64,000 bases of DNA from Octopus vulgaris (lineage: Eukaryota), in NCBI GenBank assembly GCA_951406725.2, contig OX597839.1:17422001-17486000 (forward strand), written 5' to 3'. Below the pieces are notes generated by a model. It ran no database searches. It was not told the origin of the DNA and saw nothing but the letters and a program-made list of their open reading frames with translations. A program made the translations under genes and the position numbers. Of the stretch, positions 1-13,969 are shown in pieces. Numbering within the stretch: the first letter of the stretch is position 1; each line of letters starts with the position of its first letter.

Positions 1-160
1 GGAAAACTTGTCCTGCTGTGAGGAAATATTACTGTGCTTGAAAATAGGTGAGGATTGGCAAGGGGAAGGGAATCCACCTGTAGGAAATCTCCCTCAACAA
101 ATTCCATCTGACTTACACAAGCATGGGAAAGTGGACATTAAATGATAACAATGACGTTAT
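1..160 (+). mobile_element. SINE 3' portion (family C, (GAT)n-like tail)
   Basis: Matches dispersed copies at ~32430-32560, 38410-38500 and 40140-40250 (gaaatattact..gaaacaggtgagggttggc..ggacattaaatgat). Confidence 0.55.
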
Positions 161-309
161 AGAGCATTAAATCCTGTGATTAGGAAAAAACGCTAATGGT
201 TAACTAACTTTATTTTCTGATCAAGCAACCTAAATATGAAAGTATAGCTCTAACTTTATGTTGGACAGATTTCAGCCGGTATAAATGCAAAATTATTAAT
301 TGAAGAGAC

Positions 310-620
310 ATCATTAGCATTTAATGTCCATCTTCCTTGTTGGCACAGGTTGGATGGTTTGACCAGAACTGGCCAGGTAGAAGACTACACCAGGCTACTG
401 TGTCTGTTTTGGCATGGTTTTTATGGCTGGATACCCTTTCTAACATCAACCACCCTGTAGAGTGGACTGAGTGCTTTTTACATGGCACCAGCACAGGTGA
501 GGTCAGTTTTGGTATTGTTTTTATAGCTGGATGCCCTTCCAAATATCAACCACTTCAGAGTTTTGACTGGATGCTTTTTACATGGCACCAGCACTGACAA
601 GGTTACCAAGTAACTTGCAA
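310..620 (-). mobile_element. SINE family C with internal sub-repeats
   Basis: Reverse complement of the ttggcgttaggaagggcatccagc...ccaacccatgc...ggacgttaaatgatgat motif seen at 11157-11329. Confidence 0.6.
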
Positions 621-744
621 GACAAGGACTTTTTTGAGAGGAGGGGGATTTAGAGGAGGTGATCTTGTAACAGATGATGAAAGATTAAAGAGACAGGCAG
701 AAACTCATGTCTTGTTATAGAGGAGGTACATAGTTACCTGGCCA

Positions 745-778
<34 letters not shown>

Positions 779-1039
779 GGAGAGATATACAATTGAAAAG
801 CTTCACCTATTCTTTGGCTGTAGACATAAATCTTTCTCTCCATTTAACATCAATGGCACCTGGCCATTTAGTAATCATGCAAGCACATAAACCAAATCTC
901 TGATTGCAAGATACTATGATCTCAACTTGCCCTGCTTCCTACTCATTTTATTTTCTTCAATTTTTCGTACACTCTATGACTCATAAGACAAGTTATTTGG
1001 TTTCCTTGATGTATAAGTAACCAAAATTACAACTTTCCC

Positions 1040-1270
1040 ATGAACAGGATACTGACTGTAGCAGGGTTCAAATCCAACAATTTTAAAGTAAAGGAACAAA
1101 TTGATTATATCCACCCCAATGCTTGGCTGGTACTTTATGTTATCAACCCCAAAGGAATGAATGGTAAAGTTCACTTTGGTGGAATTTATACTCAGAATTG
1201 AAGGAGCTAAAAGAAAAGGCACGAAGCATTTTGCCTGACATGCTAACAATTCGGCCAAATCACCAGCTTG
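1040..1270 (-). mobile_element. tRNA-derived SINE family B (degenerate)
   Basis: Similar to 42860-43092, 55930-56156 and 63217-63428 (ctggtacttta..cgaccccgaaaggatgaaaggcaaagtcgacc). Confidence 0.65.
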
Positions 1271-1894
1271 CTTTCTAAATTGTAATCTGTACTTTCTAAA
1301 AAGTAATCTTTTTAAACCCTCCCTCACCTTCACTATCATTCTTGGAAAATTAGCAAAGTTCATGAGCACTATCTGCTCTTCTCAAAGACATGAAAAATCA
1401 AAAGGTATTCTATATGTGGAATATTCAACCAATTGACCAGAATTAATCATTAAGATAATTATTTTCTCCTCATCACTACAGGTATAATTTTAATTAAACT
1501 TTCTGGTGCCATTGCATTATATCTATTATTAACAACTTTACTAAACTTATTAAACCTATTTGATCCTAGGAAGATAATTCTTTTCAAAAGTAAAAAAATC
1601 ATTAATTATGTAAGTGATTGCTTTCTTCAGTAGTGTTAACAATTTAACTTTTATGTGTGTTATGGAAATTTTCCATCATTAGTCTTGTCTATTTTGTGTC
1701 GGGAATACTTTGCATGTATGTGTGTTCATTCCAAAAAGGTGAACAAGTTATGTATGCATGTGCTTCTAATTTTTTTTTGTTTTTGTTTTTTCTCTACCAA
1801 CATTCATGAATAAACCATGCCACTACTACAACCACTACTGTCAATATCATGTGAATAAAAACATCTTAGTGAAGTGGTTGATATTTTATCTTTT

Positions 1895-2120
1895 ACATCT
1901 TACTTGTTTCAGTCATTGGACTACAGCCATGCTTGAGCACTTGAAGGCTCTAGCTGAAAAAATTGACCTCAGTGCTTTTTAAAATTTTTTTTCAAAACCT
2001 GGCATTATTCTATTGGTTGCTTTTGCCAAACTGCTAAGTTATGGCAATGTAAACACACCAACACTGGTTGTAAAGTGGTGGTGGGGGATAAATACACGGA
2101 CATGTTTATATGTGTGTGTG

Positions 2121-2166
<46 letters not shown>

Positions 2167-2372
2167 TCATGACTGACACAAGTAAAAGATATAAGATATG
2201 TATATATATATATGACAGGTTTCTTTTAGTTTCTATCTACCAAACCTACACACAAAGCTTTGGTTAGCCTGAAGCTTTAGCAGAAAAAACTTGTCGAAGG
2301 TGCCACACAATGGGACTGAACCATCTGGTTGGGAAGCAAGTTTCTTACCACATAGTTACGTCTGTGCCTATC
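1895..2372 (-). mobile_element. tRNA-derived SINE family A with internal (TA)n
   Basis: Reverse complement of the family A copy at 23273-23712. Confidence 0.7.
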
Positions 2373-2379
2373 ATGTATG

Positions 2380-2419
<40 letters not shown>

Positions 2420-2422
<3 letters not shown>

Positions 2423-3650
2423 AGTCATCCCATAAGTTCTGTCTGATTTTACCTTTTTTAAAATTGAATGAAATTTAATAGTATTTTAGAATGTCTAATG
2501 GAATTACAAATTATTTTTATGCATTTGTGTGCATTTAAACTAATTAAATATTATTTTACAGAATAATAGAATTAAAATATCTTTGATTAAAATCCTTTCT
2601 AACATGGAAGTATCCAAAGAGCATTTGAGGCACATAATGCTTTATGAGTACAAAAAAGGAAACTCTGTATGGGAAAGAATGCTTGAATGAAAGAACTTGC
2701 AGAAGATGGTTTGCAAAATTCAGAAGTGGAGATTTCAGCTTTGAAGATGAAGATCAAACAGGGTGTCCAGTTGAGTTTGATGATAAGCTCCTTGAGGCAT
2801 TACTTGAAGAAAATTCTGCATTATTAGTTGAAGAATTGGCAATAAAGTTTAGTTCAAACCATACAACTGTTCATCGTCATCTTCAACAACTTGGAAAGGT
2901 TCATCATGAATTGTTTGAAAGCAACCGCAAATCCCGAGTTGACATCTGCTCTTCTCTCTATTCTCATAAACTTATTTCACCCTTTTTGGATAGACATGTG
3001 ACTGGTGATGAAAAATGGATCTTCTATTGAAATGTTAAATGTCATAAATAGTGGCTTGGTAAAAGGGAAAAATCTCAACCACAACCAAAAAGGGAACTTC
3101 ATGGGAAAAAGGTTCTTCTCTCTATCTGGTGGGATTGCAAAGGAGTAGTTCACTTTGAATTGTTACCACCTAATGCAAAAATCAATGCTCAAGTCTACTG
3201 TCAGCAATTAGAGCATTTGAACCAAGTTTTGAAGAAAAAAAGACTCGTTTTAATGAATTGAAAAGGAGTGATGTTTCATCAGGACAATGCGCAACCACAC
3301 ACTGCAAAGATCACATCACAGAAGATCGAAGAGCTTGGTTGGGAAAAAATTCCTCATCCATCTTATTCTCCCAACCTTGCTCTTTCAGACTACCATTTGT
3401 TTTGTAGTTTACAGAATCATTTGGAGGACATGACTTTTGCAAGCCAGGAGGAGGTCAAAACTGACATTTCAGAGTTCTTCATTTTGAAACCAAAAGAATT
3501 TTACAACGATGGGATCAAAAAGCTTGTAAAAAGGTGGAAGGAAGTCATGGATAATCAGGGAAAGTACATTGATGATTAAATTTCAATTAAATATAACATT
3601 TGATCACTTGTTTTCTGTATTCAAAATTTGGACAGAACTTATGGGATGAC

Positions 3651-3654
<4 letters not shown>
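2420..3654 (+). mobile_element. Full-length mariner DNA transposon (defective)
   Basis: TIRs tcaagtcatcccataagttctgtc (2420-2443) and gacagaacttatgggatgacctga (3631-3654); TA on both sides inside a (TA)n tract; ~1.24 kb. Confidence 0.95.
2604..3579 (+). pseudogene. Mariner DD34D transposase pseudogene
   Basis: Starts MEVSKEHLRHIMLYEYKKG; HTH region RRWFAKFRSGDF; catalytic motifs VTGDEKW, FHQDNAQPH and HPSYSPNLALSDYHLF. Carries a frameshift near 2660, loss of the WVP motif, and in-frame stops (e.g. 3028). Confidence 0.93.
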
Positions 3655-3687
<33 letters not shown>

Positions 3688-4629
3688 GCACACACAAATA
3701 CACACAACTGGTTTCTGTCTACCAAATTCACTCACTAAGCATTGGTTTGCACACGGCTACAGTAGAAGGCATTTGCCTGTAGTGCTGCACTGTAGGATGG
3801 AAAATGAAGCCATGTGATTCCTGCATTGCCATATTCTAATGACTGAAACAAATAAAATGATGTAATTCATTAGAAATATAGTTATGAAATGTTAAAACAT
3901 TGACCTTGTACTTGGTTAAAGCATATTTAAAATTCAAATTAAATGATAACAAATAATATTTAGTTTAGATATAAATCTTTGAAATGGTGGTGGAGGGGCA
4001 AAGAAATAATATTTAAATAAGAAATAATTTAGAATTTGATTTTTATTTAATAGCAAAGTAAAGTCTATCTTGTTAAAATGTGTTTATTATTTTTCAATGG
4101 TAATATTTTGCAAACAACAAAATCCTCATGGCTGTTTCTCATAAAACTAAGGGTTTGAAATTTGGAATAGATTTCTGAAACTATTAGAAATGATTGACTT
4201 GAAAATTTAAAAGTAGAAATGAGGAATATTTAAAAGTTAAATTTAAGAAACACATACAAAATTCCAAAAAGAAAAAAAGAAAAGAAAAAGAAGAGAAGTT
4301 TTGAAATTAAAATAATGAATGAAATTCATCTTGAATTGATTCTGAATTTTCTTATCTTTTCTAAATCTATATGAAGAAAATATTCGAAGAAAGCAATTAT
4401 AGAAATTAGCCAAATAAATTTTTCTTGGTACCAAATTATGGTAAGCAGAAAGACTTCGTATTCTGATTTAATTTTCTGAAGCTGTATTCTGCCTCAGGAA
4501 ATATACAAATCAAGAAATTAAGAAGTATTATTCATCTCTATATATTTATACATGCGTGTGTTTTGGTACATATATATATAATTTTGGAGGTAGGTAGGTG
4601 AGCAGGTATCTATATTTAGATGTATCTCT

Positions 4630-6033
<1,404 letters not shown>

Positions 6034-6204
6034 GATGAAAAAAAGAGAAAAATGAATAAAAGAAAGGTAAGAGCAAGAGAGCAGAGAGAGAGTGAAAAAA
6101 AAAAAAGAGAAGAAATAAAAGAAAAAGAGTATAAAGAGACGAGAGAAGAAGAGAGAGACACACAGAGCAAGGAGAAAACAAAAGAAGGAAGAGAGAAAGA
6201 AAAT

Positions 6205-6990
6205 GACTTGGCCTGACACCCAACATGGTTTCCGACCAGGAAGAAGCTGCTTAACTCAGCTCCTACAACACTATGACTGGGTGCTGAAACGACTGCTCAA
6301 CCACTCAAATAAATGATATATCTCGACTTTGCAAAGGCCTTTGATAAAGTCGATCATGGAATGATATGTCACAAACTGCGTGATCTTTAGCAGTTGGAAA
6401 AAAAGAATGACTTACATAAATATAGATAGAAGTTATAGTACAACATTCCATTAACAAAATAGTGTATGTTATATTTTTGGGACCACTGCTGTTCATATAT
6501 GGAGACATGCCCTCAGCCACGCAGAGAGCCACAATCACAAGTTATGCAGATGATACAAAAGTTTCACAGGCAATACAGAACCCTGAGGACACTAAACGCC
6601 TGCAATGTGAGCTGGACAAAATATACAAGTGGGCTGAAAAGAATAGCATGCAGTTCAAAAGAAAAGATATATACTATCAGCATGCAAAGCTAAATAATAG
6701 AATGAATATACACCCGGAGGAACAATCCCAGAGGCACAATCAACACACCATGAGTGATGACGCAACCTTTCGTGTACACACAATTGGCAATGAAATGTAG
6801 ACGACTGGCCGGATGGATTCTCAGAACCTTTAGAACAAGAGAACAAGAAACCATGATGGTCCTCTGGAGGACACTTGTCCTAAGCCACTTTGACTATTGC
6901 TCTCAGCTACACCATCCAGTGTCAAGTTGATCACAGAACTTGAGGCGATCCAACGTAGCTACACGAAGAAGATAGAGTGTGCAGAATAAG
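6205..6990 (+). mobile_element. CR1/L2-group LINE reverse transcriptase fragment
   Basis: [54 protein letters not shown] and LEAIQRSYTKKI, read across frameshifts. Confidence 0.85.
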
Positions 6991-7815
6991 GGGGAAAGAG
7001 AAGAGATTAAAAAGGAGCGAGGCGAGAAAGAGATATAATAAAGGAGAAAGAGGAGGGAGAGAGAGAAGAGAGAGAATATAGAGAGAGGGAGAATCAATCA
7101 AGGACAAAAGAGAGAGAGGAGAAGGGAAGAGAAGAAGAAGAGAGAGAGGGGGAAGAGAGATAGAGAAAAAAGAAAAGAAGAAAGTCAGAGAGGAAGGGCA
7201 GAGAGGTGAGATGAAGAGAGAGAAGAGAGAAAATATGAGAAAAAAGAGAAAAAAGAAGTAAAGCACCAGAGAAACGGGGTTGGAGGAGAGAGAAAAGAGA
7301 AAAAATCAAAAATCAAAAAGATAAGATGAGATAGAGAAAGAATTTTACGTTTCGAGAACAGAAATGAGACACAGAAAAAAAAAAAGAAAAACAAGAGAGA
7401 GAAGAGAGAGAGAGAGAAGAGAGAGAGAAAAAAGAAGAGGAGGAGAAGGAAGGAGAGAAGGAGGGGGAGAGAACAAAGAAACAAAGACAGAAGAGAAGAG
7501 AGAGAAGTGTGTGAGAAGTATGTGGTGGAGAGTGTGCGGTGTGAGAGGTGGAGCGTGTGAGAGAGAGATGGTGTGTGTGTGTGGGAGGGTGTGATGTGTG
7601 GTGTGGTGTGTGGTGTAATGTGATGTGTTGGGATGGGTGGGGAGGTGAGTTGGGGTGGGAGAGAGGGGTGTGGGTGGGAGGGAGGGGGGGGGGGAGGGGG
7701 GGAGAGGGTGTGGGGGAGGGGGGGTGGGGAGAGTGGAGAGTGAGGGATAGGAGGAGGAGAGGGAGGGAAGGGGGAGAGGAGAGAGAGGGGGGTGGGGGGA
7801 GGGAGGGGGGTGGGT

Positions 7816-7852
<37 letters not shown>

Positions 7853-7885
7853 AAGAGAGAAGAGAGAGAGAGGGTGAAAGAGAGA

Positions 7886-7953
<68 letters not shown>

Positions 7954-8037
7954 GAGAGAGAAAAGAAAGATGTAGAGAGTGAAGAGAAGAGGAGTCCGGG
8001 CAGAGAGAAGAGAGTGGGTGAGAAGAGAGTAGGGAGG

Positions 8038-8068
<31 letters not shown>

Positions 8069-8093
8069 GAGAGAGAGAGAGAGAAGAGAGAGA

Positions 8094-8124
<31 letters not shown>

Positions 8125-8302
8125 AGAGAAAGAGGAAAGAAGAGAAGAGGTGAAGAGAAGAGGAGTAGAGAGAGAGAGAGAGAGAGGAGAGTTGGGGGGA
8201 GGGGAGAGGGAGGAGAGGAGAGAGAGAGGGAGAGGAGGGGATGAAGAGGGGAGGAGAGTTGAGCTCAAATGGCGTAAAGGAGCGAGAGAGAGAATATATA
8301 TA
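6990..8302. repeat. Noisy (GA)n/G-rich low-complexity tract, probably low-quality consensus
   Basis: Irregular purine-rich repeat running up to the assembly gap. Confidence 0.75.
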
Positions 8303-8402
8303 NNNNNNNNNNNNNNNNNNNNNNNNNNNNNNNNNNNNNNNNNNNNNNNNNNNNNNNNNNNNNNNNNNNNNNNNNNNNNNNNNNNNNNNNNNNNNNNNNN
8401 NN
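8303..8402. other. Assembly gap (100 N)
   Basis: Run of N. Confidence 1.
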
Positions 8403-8433
8403 TGTGTGTGCGTGTGCGTGAGTGTGTGACAGG

Positions 8434-9114
8434 AAAGTTTTTTAGGACGAATATAAGACCTATATTCAAGTAGCAGAAAGATCGCCCGAAAGTGTATATA
8501 GATATTTAAATGTATTTATATATTCATCTATACACAGATGTATGTATAATGTGTGTGTATATATTTCCATAGAGGTAACCTTTCACTCCATACAAAGTTT
8601 TTTAGGACGAATATAAGATCTAAAGTATATACAAGTAGCAGAAAGATCGCCCAAAAGTGTATATAGATATTTAAATGTATTTATATATTCATCTATACAC
8701 AGATGTATGTATAATGTGTGTGTGTATATATTTCCATACACGTAACCATTCACTCCGCACAAAGTTTTTTAGGACGAAAATAAGATCTAAAGTTATCTCT
8801 AAGTAGCAGAAAGATCGCCCAAAAGTGTATATAGATATATAAATGTATTTATATATTCATCTACGCACACATGTATGTATAACGTGTGTGTATATATTTC
8901 CATAGAGGTAACCATTCACTCCATACAAAGTATTTTAGGACGAAAATAAGATCTAAAGTTATCTCTAAGAAACAGAAAGATCGCCCAAAAGTGTATATAG
9001 ATATTTAAATGTATTTATATATTCATCTATACACACATGTATGTATAATGTGCGTGTATATATTTCCATAGAGGTAACCATTCAATCCATACAAAGTTTT
9101 TTAGGACGAAAATA
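8434..9114. repeat. Tandem satellite, ~166-bp unit, ~4.1 copies
   Basis: aaagttttttaggacgaa recurs at 8434, 8594, 8761, 8927 and 9093; each unit has gcagaaagatcgccc.aaagtgtatatagat. Confidence 0.92.
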
Positions 9115-9957
9115 TTTATATATAAAAGAAAGGTTGTGTGTCTGTCTACTCCGATTTAGATTCCTAACTACTCCCACATTTTGCGATGCAGTTTAACCAA
9201 AACTGGGTATCTTATAGTCGTGATTCATATCGCGCCCTTCTGGGTATTAGGGCACGTCTATGATGAGTCTATGATTTTACAAATAATTTACCATCATTTT
9301 TTCCATTTTAATGCATATTTTTTTTAATAAAGGGAAGTAACTCTCAAACTTCACACCAATATGCGTGCTCATATGCGACATAATATCACATCAGCAGCAT
9401 TTCCTCACACCCTCCTTGCACTTGGCGAAGGCAAAATACCAGGGGATGAAAATGGTAATATTGCCATCGATTCCATTTGTACCATTGTTAAGACGCCTTC
9501 TGATCTCAGAGATGCAGTGTTCCCAGATCTACAAGCTAATTATCAGAATATGGATTGGATTGGCAAAAAGGCTATACTGGTCCCGAAGAATAAAACTGTT
9601 CACCATATTAATGATGAAATGCTAAAACTCATTCCTGGGGAAGTCTATGTATATCAGTCTATCGATACAACTCCTGACCCAGAGGACGTCATCAACTATC
9701 CAATAGAGGTACTCAATTCCTTTGAGCACCCGGACTACCACCACACTTTCTCAAACTTAAAGTTGGTGCCCCTATAATGCTCATCAGAAATTTGGTTCCC
9801 CCAAAACAATGCAATGGCGAACGTTTGATCGTTAAGTCCTTATCTCCCACCGTAAACTTATATCAATATTTGCCTGAATAATCATCATAATTCAGTGCAA
9901 TCATTAACAGTACTTTCAAGCAATTCAGTCCCGAGCAACGCCGGGCAATTCTGCTAG
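9115..9957 (+). mobile_element. Non-autonomous Helitron
   Basis: 5' end a|tttatatataaaag (TC-like start, reading TT here); 3' GC hairpin cccgagcaacgccggg (9930-9945) followed by CTAG|t at 9954-9957; internal helicase fragment. Confidence 0.85.
9340..9855 (+). pseudogene. Helitron Pif1-like (RepHel) helicase fragment
   Basis: LKLHTNMRA, LLALGEGK, KAILVPKNKTVHHIN, SID..NYPIEVLNS, then a frameshift into [27 protein letters not shown]. Confidence 0.9.
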
Positions 9958-10229
9958 TATATATATATATTATATATATATATAATATATATATATATAT
10001 ATTATATATAATATATATATATATATTATATATATATATATATATGTATTCATTCTTTGAAATATATAACCACTGAGGGATGCAGTGTATTTGTTTTAGG
10101 TACTAGATATAGCGGCAAAATCTCCATCAAATATGACCCTAGGTACAGTATGATTAACCCATTGCTGACCAAATCCATTTTGTGTTATATTTTGTATTTT
10201 CTTTGGCACCAGTTGTCCAATTCTCTTAT

Positions 10230-10655
10230 CCTTTACTTGTTTCAGTCTTTACTGCAGCCATGCTGGGGCACAGCGTTGAAGAATTTTAGTCAAATAAATT
10301 GACTCAAGTACTTATTTCTTTTAAGCCTGGTACTTATTCTATCAATCTCTATTGCTGAACTGCTAATTTATGGCGATGCAGTTGTCAAGCTGTGGTGGGA
10401 GACAAAAAAAACACACAAAGGGAGAGACACAAACACACACATACACACACACACACGCGTGCACACACATGCATACACATACACACATATACACAAATAT
10501 GATGGGCCTCTTTTCAGTTTCTATCTACCAAATCTACCTATTAGACTTTGGTCAACCCGAGGCAACAGTAGAAGACACTTGCTCAAGATGCCATGCAGTG
10601 GGACTGAACCTGAAACTATGTGATTGGGAAACAAGCTTACTGGCACACAGCCACA
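10230..10655 (-). mobile_element. SINE family A
   Basis: Reverse complement of the family A head (gtgggactgaacc, cacacagcca) and tail (tttacttgtttcagtc). Confidence 0.7.
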
Positions 10656-11156
10656 TTCTCTATGTATTGTGTTAATGGATAGTTTTTCACATTTAAAATT
10701 TTATTGAAATTGCACTATATTCCAGTAATACATTACAATTGTACTGTAATAAAACCCAGAAAGTGGCATTGTTTTATATATCAACAAAATTTTTTTACCA
10801 GATTCTATCTCAACTTCAATTGATTCAAATTGAAAACAATCCAAGAAATACAAAGCAACATGTTTTACAAATTTCCTGAAATTGAAATAATGTAGTTCAA
10901 ACTAGATCATTCGCATTGCAATGTAATGTACTACTTATTCATACTTGCAGTGACATTTATCAGGGGTGGGTTGAGCTGGCTCTGACCAGTGAGTTCATGT
11001 TTGGAGTTTCAATGGGAATACAAGAGGCTTCATAAAAAAATAAGCATCACCATCAGGAGTCCCTGTTGACTCACATGGTATATTATGAATAGTGTGGACA
11101 GTCAATGGTGACTCCCATGGTAAACAAAGCTTCAAAAATTTTTTTATGAAAGACAC

Positions 11157-11298
11157 TACACTCTCGGAGTGGTTGGCGTTAGGAAGGGCATCCAGCTGTA
11201 GAAACACTGCCAGATCTGACTGGACTGGTGCAGCTTTCGGGCTCCCCAGACCCCAGTTGAACCGTCCAACCCATGCTAGCATGGAAAGCGGACGTTAA

Positions 11299-11329
<31 letters not shown>
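11157..11329 (+). mobile_element. SINE family C with (GAT)n tail
   Basis: ctcggagtggttggcgttaggaagggcatccagc...ggacgttaaatgatgatg; other copies at ~19250-19500(-), 21720-22110, 39651-39840(-), 40871-41021 and 47480-47582. Confidence 0.75.
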
Positions 11330-11612
11330 CAACATGGTTGTAGCAGGAATACTTTTCTACCATTGGTCTGCTTACTTAGACCTGACTCAGTGCTAAGTAA
11401 TAACACATAAAAATCTCTAATGAGTTTCCATATATGTAGTCATTCTCGTAACTTTGTGGTCAAGAAGATCAGGGTTCTGGGTTCAATCCCACAGCACATC
11501 ACCTTTAACAAGTAAGTTTTACTGAAGCCCCAGAGGTGAGTGAGTGGAATTTGGTCAAAGAAAACTGCAAAAGCATATATATATATACATATATACATCA
11601 TTATCATTTTAG

Positions 11613-11827
11613 CCCTTTAGCATTTAAACTGGCCATATCCTACCAAGTTATTCTTCCTGCTTTATGTTCAAACTGGCTACATCTGGTCTCTCACACCAAC
11701 TATATAATGTCATCCTAAAAATAGCAATCATAAAAATTTTGAAGCTACAAAACAATTTTTGATTAATTCAAAACAATGCAGATAAATAAGCACCATATTT
11801 GACGGAATAATATGTATAATAATAGGT
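11613..11827 (+). mobile_element. piggyBac-type MITE, degenerate copy of 18814-19029
   Basis: ccctttagcatttaaactggccatatc start; internal similarity to 18814-19029. Confidence 0.6.
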
Positions 11828-11884
11828 TTATTTTCATTTTCTCATGCTTGTATGGTTTGTATAAATTGTGTTGAGGTGGATTTT

Positions 11885-12250
11885 TCTTCATCATCATCAT
11901 CATTGTTCGTCCGTGGTTGAGACAATGGAATTTACTATGCTGCGCCAGACTTCACGGTCCATCATAGCATTACAGAGGTCCTGTTGCTGGATGCCTGTAT
12001 CCCTGGAGATTACATCAGGGTAGGAGAGTGTGCACCCTCTGGTATTGCGAGTAGATGGCTTCCAGAGGAGAAGAGTAGAAATTGCCTTGTTTTCAGCTCT
12101 ACAACAATGTCCAGCAAACTGGACTCTCCTACCTTTCACAAGAGATGACACATGTGGTAGTTTCTCATATATTTGCATTTTGGTTGGATGACGCTTCCAC
12201 GAGAGATTTTGAGCTCTCATAAGGAGGCAAGTGTAGGTTCCATCCAACCA
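11885..12250 (-). mobile_element. RTE-clade LINE 3' end (5'-truncated)
   Basis: ORF with LMRAQNLSWKRH, RRVQFAGHCCR and AMMDREVWR, then a stop and a (TGA)n tail. Confidence 0.8.
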
Positions 12251-12631
12251 TCAAGATTTTTCTACAGATGGATACCTTTCCTGTCACCAATCCTCTTCTG
12301 TCTCCAAATAAGGTAATATTTCTCCATGATCTGACATGTTTACAAGGAAGATGAGAGACAACGGACACTACTTGTGTGACGGTGATGCTTGTTTACAACA
12401 ATCACATGATGTCAAGACAAGGAGACTCCAAATCACATACACAAATACACACACACACATATATATATATACAAACACAGGTAAAGGACTTCTATCAGCT
12501 TCCAACTACCACATCCAGCCACAAGGCTTAAGTTAGCCTGTGGCTATAGAAGATAACACTTGAACAAGGTGTTATGCGGTGATACTGAACCTAGAACCAA
12601 GTATATATAAATACATGTGTGTATGTGTGTG

Positions 12632-12960
12632 ATGATGATAATGGCTTCCCACTTGTGACTGAGGAAGACTATCAGTGATTGTTGCCCATGCAAAATGCAA
12701 GTAGTGCCCATGCATGAGGTTATTGCACTAGCAGTTATGTTCACCCAGGTTTGCATTCACACCTTCCATGTTCACCGTGGCACCCTCCTACTTGACTGGG
12801 CATCAGATAGTCACTTTGCCAATGATTGCACAATCTTTAATTTTTGGCCATAAAAGGCTTGCCCAACACTTCACTGAACCTGTCCACCCATTTGACAAGC
12901 CAGAGCAAGATATCAGTTGCAAATATGAGTTACAGACTCAGAATTGTGCGAGTGCCGTGA
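12632..12960 (-). mobile_element. RTE LINE 3' remnant
   Basis: Minus-strand end gtcttcctcagtcacaagtgggaagccat resembles the 3' end of the RTE at 28675-28704. Confidence 0.5.
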
Positions 12961-13969
12961 TCTCATGCTCAGGCAAAAGATCCCCAATATGTTCATATAT
13001 ATATATATATATATATATATAAGGATGTGGGGGAGGCTAGAAGTAACAGTAGCCAGTTCAGAGCACAAATTTAAGTGCTCACATGCTCTGAAGAAATTTT
13101 TAAACCATGGAAGGCTGATCAAAGCTATGTTGTTTATTTGCATAAGTAAGTGAGATAGGAACAGAGTATTGCTTGTCTTTACACATTTGCCTATGTTGAT
13201 TCAGGCATATGAAAATATGTAAAGTTTTTGTAAGTTTTATTACTTTCATGACATTTAGTATCATTTACCAAATGGTCTGTTATGACTTGAGAGCTTTTGT
13301 GTGATCTCATGTGGCTAATTAGCCCTGCCTTTCATCATCATCCATTTTCTGTGATGTTAGAGTTGTCAAGTAATTTCATATGAATATATGTGCATTGTTT
13401 AGAGAGTGGGATTAGCCCTATGCAAGGCCTTTCTGCATTTTAAAAAAGCTTCATGTACAAGCACCACTTCATTCTTTTAAAAAGATAAAAGAAAGACTAA
13501 AAAACGTAGTTCCAAAACAAGATCTTTCTATGAGGAATGTGAAGAGTAAGATTTTCAAGCTAAAATATATAGGAAGTTGTGATGTTCATGTATTTTCCCC
13601 AGGAACCAAAAAAAACAATGTGACTGAAATGAAAGTAGTCAAAATATGAATATTCGTCAATGGCGTATTGTATTCATGTGTGTGTATAGCTAGCCACAGT
13701 TGCTACATCAGACATACATGTGTGCATGCCTACCTAGTCACTGTTACTATGTCAGTACCAGGAGTTGTCATTGAAAAACCTTTTTAAAGAAGTTAATGCG
13801 ATATAAAGCAATATTATTTATTTTTTATAAAAAAATAAATCAAGACCATATTATTGTATCCCAGGTTAAATTATTCATGCACCTCATGTATGGAAGGAAT
13901 TCATACAGCTGTTTTTGTATGAAAAGCAAGCATACACACACATGTCTGTTTTATATATAAGATAAATAA

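Noticed and set aside
6990-8473. Long RE-rich and LS-rich ORFs and G-quadruplex-like G runs
   Set aside because: Noisy (GA)n/G-rich sequence next to an N gap; probably unpolished read sequence.
8434-9114. Regularly spaced repeats resembling a CRISPR array
   Set aside because: Whole units repeat with no unique spacers; eukaryotic context and no cas genes.
9361-9777. Host Pif1 helicase gene
   Set aside because: Frameshifted internal fragment lying between Helitron termini.
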